From Paraglomus brasilianum (taxonomy: Eukaryota): a DNA stretch of 64,000 bases. The stretch covers positions 1 to 64,000 of the forward strand of contig CAJVPI010000040.1 in the NCBI GenBank assembly GCA_910592345.1, written 5' to 3'. A program made the translations under genes and the position numbers. Under the pieces are notes generated by a model, which was given only the letters and a program-made list of their open reading frames with translations, did no database searches and was not told where the DNA came from. Below are positions 55,885 to 64,000 of this stretch, piece by piece. The number at the start of each line of letters is the position of its first letter. The first letter of the stretch is position 1.

Positions 55885-57503
55885 CTATTGCCTTATAAGA
55901 CCTTTTGTTTCTTTAGCTGGATAAATTTTAGCTAACTCTTGAATTTTGCTTTTTAACTTGGACTTGTCATTGTATTTAAAAAAATAAACCTTATTTTGTG
56001 CCTTAATGTACCCTTGTTCAGCAGCTTTTTCATATAATTCAATAGCTTTCTGTTCATCTTGTTCTACTCCAACTCCCTCCTCATAACACCAACCAAGATT
56101 ATATTGGCCATATGCATGTCTTTGTTCAGCTGCTTTTTGAAACAATTCAATGGCTTTTTGAATATCTCTTTCTACCCCAATTCCATTTTTGTAACATAAA
56201 CCAAGGCTAGTGTATGCAGTAACATTTTCTTGCTTGACTGCCTCTTGATACAGTTCCACTGCTTTTTGAACATTCTTATCCACACCAAGTCCTTTTTCAT
56301 AACACCAACCAAGGTTATCCTGTGCATTAGAATTTCCTTGCATAGCTGCTTTTTGATACAATTCAAAAGCCTTTTGATAATCTGTTTCTATGATAATACT
56401 TTTTCTGTATAAATAACCAAGCTTAAACTGTGCATCAGCATCACCTTGTTCAGATGCTTTTTGATACCATTCAACTGCCTTTTGATCATCTTTTCTCACT
56501 CCAGTTCCATTGTCATAATGCCAACCAAGATTATATTGTGCATCAGCAAGTCCTTGTTCAGCTGCTTTTTGATACCATTTACTTGCCTTTTGTCCATCTT
56601 TTTCTACACCAATTCCATTGTTATAACAATAACCAAGATTATGTTGTGCTTGAGCATATCCTTGTTCAGCTGCTTTTTGATACCATTCAACTGCCTTGTG
56701 TTCATCTTTTTCTACTCCAGTTCCACTCTCATAACACCAACCAAGATTAAATTGTGCATCAGCAAGTCCTTGTTCAGCTGCTTTTTGGTACCATTCAACT
56801 GCCTTTTGATCATCTTTTTCTACTCCGGTTCCAAGTCTATAATGCCAACCAAGATTATGTTGTGCTTGAGCATATCCTTGTTCAGCTGCTTTTTGATACC
56901 ATTCAACTGCCTTTTGATCATCTTTTTCTACTCCAGTTCCATTTTCATAACATAAAGCAAGATTAAATTGTGCAATGGCAACTCCTTGTTCAGCTGATTT
57001 TGTATACCATTCAACTGCTTTCTGTTCATCTTTTTCTACTCCGGTTCCAAGTCTATAATGCCAACCAAGATTATGTTGTGCTTGAGCATATCTTGTTCAG
57101 CTGCTTTTTGATACCATTCAACTGCCTTTTGTTCATCTTTTCTCATTCCAGTTCCATTGTCATAACAATAACCAATACTACATTGAGCATTAGCATATCC
57201 TTGTTTAGCTGCTTTTTGATACCATTCAACTGCCTTTTGTTTATCTTTTTCTACTCCAATTCCATGCTCATAACACAAACCAAGATTATTTTGTGCTTGA
57301 GCATATCCTTGTTCAGCTGCTTTTTTATACCATTCAACTGCCTTCTGTTCATTTTTTCTCACTCCAGTTCCACTCTCATAACACCAACCAAGATTAAATT
57401 GTGCATCAGCAAGTCCTTGTTCAGCTGCTTTTTGATATGATCTGAAATGAACTCCATCTAGAACCAAATTTTCTGGTTCATCCTCAAAAATGGTAGAAGC
57501 CAT
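55885..57503 (-). CDS. Sel1-repeat protein (about 13 repeats of 36 aa / 108 bp) with a single 1-nt frameshift at about 57091
   Basis: AQxNLGxCYxxGxGVxKDxxKAVEWYQKAAEQG repeats. The frame is open from about 57090 to 55885. At 57085-57098 GAGCATATCTTG lacks one C relative to the sister repeats (GAGCATATCCTTG). Confidence 0.85.
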
Positions 57504-60257
57504 GTTAATTATATTTGTCTTCTCTAGAAATTTTGATTAATTAAGTGGTGGCACGTCGTTTATGGATACACGTTCAAGCCCAATGATTTATGATAATAAT
57601 AATATCAACGAATAATCGCTTGCGTAATCTCTTTTTTATTTTGTGAACCGCTCTTGTACAACGTTCATTGTTAATAAACGATTCAGCATATCAGGTCATT
57701 CATAACAAAGGCAATACCCTTATCACTAACAACTTTAAGATTTTGAATGCAATTTTAATTTGAGGAAAATGGTAGCAGGGCCTTTTTTGGGGCTTCAGGA
57801 TCAGTTTTGAAACATCTTTGCGTAGGCTCATAGTTTGGACATACTCCCATTTAGGACGGCAACTTAAGCTTTCCCTGTTGAGAATAAATTTTGGTGTGCT
57901 AAGTAGCGTGAGGCCTTGTGTCTGGTAAACTGTTAAAATAAAAAGAGGTTTGCAATGGAAATTGTCGTTTGCCTATTATCTACTTGTGAATAATAACAGC
58001 CATTACATATGCTATATTACATAAACGATTGGATAAACATTACTCGTGCGCCTTATTGTAATCTAACTATAGGCCACGATTTATTATAAGCAGATGGCAT
58101 GTTATGTTCCTTTATTCTTGATGTTCTAATTATAATAACCAATAATACATGAGCTGATCACAACAGCTAGTATTAGCCTATCGATAAGATAAACCGAAGA
58201 CTCTCGTTAACTATTATTATTAAATATTAATATCGATAACCCCTTCACATTGATCTGTATTGCTAATTATTACCAATTCCCATTTATAGTCAGCAAAGGC
58301 AAAAACCAAATTTCGAGATGCATTAGCTGGTACGACACTTGTATAGCAATTGTTCTAGCCATGCATAGTAATAATTAGTTAACGATGTAGTATATTTTTA
58401 TACTGTTGCAACTTGTAATAATAGTATCATGACACTATACCTCAGCTAGTGTCTGCGATAGGGTTTACCAGCGCACATACATTTATATTTCTCTCGATTG
58501 GCCCACAAGGAGCGTTCATTATGCTTAGCTTATTAGCATATATTTACCTTGCTCATACGGAAAGAATGTTACACTTATAAAATGGAGAAAACATAGATTT
58601 TAATAGCTTATGTTTGTAGTTAATCCTTCCTTCTGACAAACTATTTAAAAACCCTTGCTTTACGCGGGTGGGAGGACCAGAACACGCTCCCCTGACTGGA
58701 TTAATGAATGCTTTGTCATATCAGTTATCAATTTTAGGATTAAAGGTTATATCCATAATTATTCTCCGTTTCGTTAATCTGATCGATCGTATTATTAACT
58801 TGATCCAACTTACTCGCGTGACATCCGAACATAAAGAGAAATTTATTTATTTTGATGACAGTAATCAATTTCCGGGGTACTTTGGCCTCTTTCTAACGCA
58901 TTGTGCTTGTGTTGTCATGTCGTCGTGCCATTTTGATATTATTTTATTTCGCGTCCTTATTCGTCGTGCATTCGGTGACTGTTGCGGAGGAAATTAATTC
59001 GCTGCATCGTATACGTGTTTTTATAGCAGGAAGCCAAAATTAATAAGCGTCAATCTGAAATATTGTCCTAATCTGAGTTTTTCCCCCGTGGTTTGACCAA
59101 CATAATACTGACATAAAGGTGTGGAGATACGTACAGCGAATTAAAAATTTAGACTCAAGTCTTGATAAAAGCTCAACATAAACAACGTGCGTAAGAAATA
59201 ATTTGTGAAAGTAATTTAGTCCTAGTTGTTATTTAATGTTTTCAGTCGACTTGGTATTGTACAAAACTCTTTAAGAAAGTTGCATTTTACTTCAAGCATT
59301 TAATCATATTTAATATAAGCAAGCGAGGAAATGGCTAATAAATTTAACGTTGTTCATATGTAGTATCGGTTAGCCTCTCTAATTTCATGACGAAAATAAT
59401 AAAACGCCAGCAATTCCAATTACCTCTTGAAAGCTTTGGTAACAACTGTATGACTTCGTTCTTCAGAGGCAACTACAATAAGTGATTAAGCGACTGAAAT
59501 ATAACAAATAATATTCGTATCATAAAGTGTATAATAATCATACGAGCAGACAAAGATTTGTATTAATAAACTGAAATGGCATATTAAAATTATAGCTGCT
59601 AGTATTTTCTTCGCATAAGAAAACTTGGGTGAGGTTTCTTAGTGTCGATTATACAGACAAAGAGTGTAGAAACTGATCCCCACAAAATATCAGAATATTA
59701 CCAACAAATCCAATAAAACTGTATACAAAAACAACACAAACTTTGCTGATTCTATTTCGCGAATAATATTACATACTTCGTGGGTTGTGGAGAACAAAGA
59801 AAGTTTCTGACTGGCTGACATTTCTTTTTTCCAGAAATAAAACGATAATTTGTAGTTTGTTATTATGACGTCACCATCTTAAACGTAAGCTTTTGTCCAA
59901 GCTGACGTAGTCACCCATTTAGCATTTTTAAATTCGCAAGACAACCAGTACGCTTTCTTTTCATAGTAGTAAAACAAAGCAAGAGTTATATTGTATAGTG
60001 CAGCCGTCCTGGGAGCGGTTCAGAATACCCACATTTATATAAAAAACCGGTTAATCAAAAGAGTAAATGGTGAAAGATTAGCACCACCAACCCAAGATTG
60101 GAAAGGGTCCAAAAAAGAATTCTTTTATTACTTGATTTGATCGATATAATATTTGGTGTGGTAAAATATTGGCCGCTTTTTTATCCATGTTATTTCCTGT
60201 GTCCGAATACGAGACTATATCCAAAACTTTTACAAAAATTGTCTTCTTAGCTATGTG

Positions 60258-61514
60258 TCAACCACCCTTTTCATAGTGTCCAAATAAGAAATCATATCCA
60301 TCAAACTCATACAACATTTTATCTTTTCTAGTGTAACCACCAACATCGCCCAAACATTCAACAACTGCTTTCTTATCTCGCCCATCTTCAACACTAACAA
60401 ATAAGGTGACGCTAAACTTCCCAGGCCGAAATACGTCAATAACATTACGAATAAGGTTAGACATGGATCCATGTGATGAATAAGGGATGTTAGTTTCAAA
60501 AGATGCGTATGAACAATTAGGTTCAGGAGTAACATGGATAGTAAAGTAACAGTTTCCAAGAAGTCCATTAGCCGAGTATCCACACGGATCAAACAGGCAT
60601 GAATCTAACAGAGCGGACGAGTACAGCCGACCCAGGCCGGTCTGTTTGTTTATTCTTTCCCCTCCTAATGACATCGTTTCGCCATTAATACTGTAGAACG
60701 GCCTCATCGCATCTTCATCGAGGTCAGACATTAGGATCTCAATCGTCTGATCAGAAAAGTCACCAGATGAGCCAACGTCAACGTTAGAGATTAGAAAGTC
60801 ATCTTGCGGCGATGTCATGTATAAATTCCAATGATCTCCATTTATTTTTCCTACTACATATGCTGCACCTTGACCTAAATTTCAACATTTTTTTTGTAGA
60901 TGTGAGGTTCGTTGACTGTCAGTAATACTTGTTCAACTGTTCAACAAGCTGATCCATACCAAATATTTTGTCCAAGAAAACAACTTCATCCTTCCAATCA
61001 GTGTGCGGATGTCGTTGCCTTTCAGGAAACATGAAACTTTTTCTCGAATAGAATGCTCGCCATATTCTTTTCAATTCACACATCTCGGATGCGATCTCGA
61101 GTAACTTGGGTATGGCAATTAAGAGTACAGTAGATCCGCATGTCTTCAAAATGAGTTTATGTGGGTATACAAACATGGATGATTCACTACAATGGACAAA
61201 AACTGGGGGTCACTCCTTCTTGCGAACACAATGACAGTCAGTCTTTAATAATAAACTACACAATAAGCCGCCCACCTTAACAGATATGCATCAACGTCGT
61301 CACTGCTGACAACATTCAATATTTTACATTCCACCATTCCCAGCAGTTCATCCCAAACAGCCCTCTCAACTTTTCTTAATCCTTTCCGACCATTAACATC
61401 AGCCGGTAAAAAATCGGGTAAAGGTTCAAACCAGATTTCAAGTAATTTTTCGGGGCCTTCGAAGACCCTTTCCAATGATTCAGTGTCACTGAAGTGTTTT
61501 CCTGCTGTTATCAT
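60258..61514 (-). CDS. SPE2: S-adenosylmethionine decarboxylase proenzyme, 3 exons
   Basis: FEGPEKLLEIWF, spliced AYLLSESSMFV (self-cleavage site), LKTCGST, FDPCGYSANG, TIHVTPEPNCSYASFETN. Confidence 0.95.
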
Positions 61515-61601
61515 CGAGTTGAATGTGAGTAAGAAAAAAGGATAAAGTTGGTGGTCAGTTGGGTGGTCAAAGTTATAGATTTGTACAGATGTAACATTTG
61601 C

Positions 61602-61612
61602 CTTTTATATAA
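61602..61612 (-). promoter_or_regulatory. Candidate TATA box for SPE2
   Basis: TATATAAAAGG on the minus strand, about 90 nt upstream of the ATG. Confidence 0.45.
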
Positions 61613-64000
61613 TAACAATCACCTAACCAAGTTTTTCATATGCGCCCGGAAAAGTTCTGCGCAAGGTAACAATTATAATGGTAGTTACGATAATTTCACC
61701 AAGGTGATAATCAAATAACACTATGTCAGATCATAGTTTCAATCTATTGTATCACTGCATCACTGTCTAGCCCAACTACACCTCTCGCAACGTTTGCTTG
61801 TTAAGTTCAGAAGTTATTATTAATTGATAAGACTTGGTGTTATGGATACATGTGTAACCGTAATAGTAAACATACCGTTAACAACTGTAGATCCTCTAAC
61901 TGGTCTCACGTGGTATCAAAAAACAGCATACATTCATGAACAGTTAATATTAAATGCTTTAAAATCTTGCAGAAACAATGAACCATTCTCAATGATGTTC
62001 ATGTGATCTGTACTGCAAAAAATAGGAAATTTTATTTCTAAAAAACGAGCGTTTTGATATTGTGAAGAGAAATCGAGCCCGCCTTTTTTTGCAAAAACTG
62101 ATAGACTACTGCAATAGTTAGTTAGCTAATCTGTAATGTCAAACAAATAAATGGCGAAGAAATTTATCAAGTCTTTATATTTGTTGTCTTTACTGCTAGA
62201 TACGGTTATTGGTACCCAGGACTCGTTTTAGTGATTGGTATGTTATGTACGAGAACCTATTATCATTATAATAATAATAAGTATTTGGATCACAAGCAGT
62301 GACTCAGTAATGGAGAACAGTCTGATACGAATGAAAGTCTTCGGAGCAGATTCCTACAATATACTTTTGAACTGGTATTATTTTTATCGAATTGTTAATT
62401 CAACTCTTATTGTATAGGCTCAGAAGCGCCACTGTTAGAGTTATTATTCTCATTATAGAATGGACATAATAGAATATTCTTTTCTATTATTAGCTCACAT
62501 CTTCGTTTTATTGAATTCATTGTGGTAATCAAATACCATACGTTTCCACTATCGCATACATACTTGGACGATTGAAAGTTACTTTATTAATTCGTTACCA
62601 TACTGTAGCAAACTAATTTTCAGTCCTCTAAATGAACAAAATAACGGTTTGCACTGTCTCCGAAAAACGTCCCGTTCTTTATTCATAACTTGATTCAACT
62701 TGTCCATGTTATGTGCCTGTTTTCTTCTTCAAGATTAACCACTTTTTTTGACCGCAACGTTTAACCAAGTAAGTAAGTAATCTGAATGGCGCATAACTTC
62801 TACTTTTAGGCTTTTTTTATATGGGTACGTCCTTGTTAACTCTAGTCTAAATATTTATTTATCATTTATTACAATTTGCTCTGTTGCACGCTCTTGATGA
62901 AAACTTTCATAATACTAAATCACTAAGGAGTAACCATCCAACACGCCGTATATGGTATTGCTGATTCAGTTAAAATGCAGTTTTGGTAACTATAAACAAA
63001 AAACTATCTTAATGAATGATTGTTCAGACTGAAATATATCTCTTAATCTCGGTATTTCGCATACCGGGGTGTTGCTTATTATACGCGCCCGTTGACGTGC
63101 AAACGTTAAAATCGAATGTTGTCACGTGATCGACTTCTTATTGCATTTCTGCAAAATACTTCTATAGTCAACATGCGGTGAAAGTTTGGTTTACCAGCAG
63201 AAGGGAATGCTATCTAGTTTTCTTATATCAGCCGGCATGTATTTCTGTGTCTAAAGGTCATCATCAATGCTACGACGTAACATTGAAAACCAGAAAACAT
63301 CTTTATTGATTAAAACTATTGAATATTTCACGTGATTTACCTCGGTATCGGTATAATGCAGACAAGAAAGCACTTATTGAAACGCGAAAGAAAAACACGA
63401 CAATTTATCATTCCATCGATGAAAAAAAAAACGGGAATTAAGTTTTAATACCATTTCCATTCTCTCTGTTGCTCATACTCAACCGGTTGGTTAGGAAATA
63501 ATTACTTTATTTGGGTTTATTGCGGTGATTAACGTTAACAAAAAGTTTAATAAATATTGTCATTAACATTTAAAAAGATTCGCAATTGGTTTTTACCAGT
63601 TTAAAATAGAAGCCTTCCCCAAGAATCCGTTGATGAAGAAAAAGATGTAGCAGAAGTCCCGGTGCTCCTCTACTAGAAAGTATCACTGAAAAAGCTTCGG
63701 TTGAATAATATTTCTCGTATTTACCTCTCTAAACATACAATCGAATGGCAGTTGCGAAAACGCTATACAGTTCCTTATAACACAATTATGTAATGGGTTT
63801 CACTCGATGTTGGAGAAGAAGCTAAGAAAATAAAAAGATAGATAGGTGCATCAGCACGGGACGTTAAATCGGGAAAAAACCAAGTCGATTCTTTAAATTA
63901 AGTTAGTCCAGAAAGTCGTTCGACGGTTTAACTGTATTAATAGAGACAATAATAATTGTAACCCGTGTGACACTCGATACTAATACGTCGACCATCACAG

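Noticed and set aside
56230..57440. Plus-strand hydrophobic repeat ORFs
   Set aside because: They are antisense shadows of the Sel1 repeats.
57600..60200. Short ORFs or elements between the Sel1 gene and SPE2
   Set aside because: No supportable motif, repeat or RNA gene was seen.
61700..64000. Short ORFs at the window end
   Set aside because: AT-rich sequence with no recognisable coding or structural signal.

Overview
Eukaryotic nuclear DNA from an early-diverging fungus, most likely an arbuscular mycorrhizal fungus (Glomeromycotina). Support: intron-rich genes, Sel1-repeat and kinase relics, and an 18S fragment containing the exact AML2 AMF primer site. Housekeeping genes: GEP4-like phosphatase, SUT/SLC45-type sugar transporter, NEPRO/Rmp1-like, CUE-AlkB-GRF, DNAJC12-like, DENND6, ADE4, LSM1, SET3-like, TMEM128-like, STE20/PAK, NOC3, mitochondrial uL2 and SPE2, with decayed elements between them. 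Main observations: (1) The first ~2.7 kb is an intronless, AT-rich block whose ORFs join up when UGA is read as Trp (genetic code 4). It resembles DNA of Mycoplasma-related endobacteria (MRE) and includes a eukaryote-type transposase-like gene. (2) Two unannotated relics of Fanzor/TnpB RNA-guided nucleases (about 32.4-32.9 kb minus, 35.9-36.3 kb plus) flank a dispersed 18S rDNA pseudogene, and one keeps a hairpin over its stop codon where an omegaRNA would lie. (3) A candidate uORF overlaps the SPE2 start codon. Family assignments come from motifs recognised by eye with no database search, and most exon boundaries are approximate.
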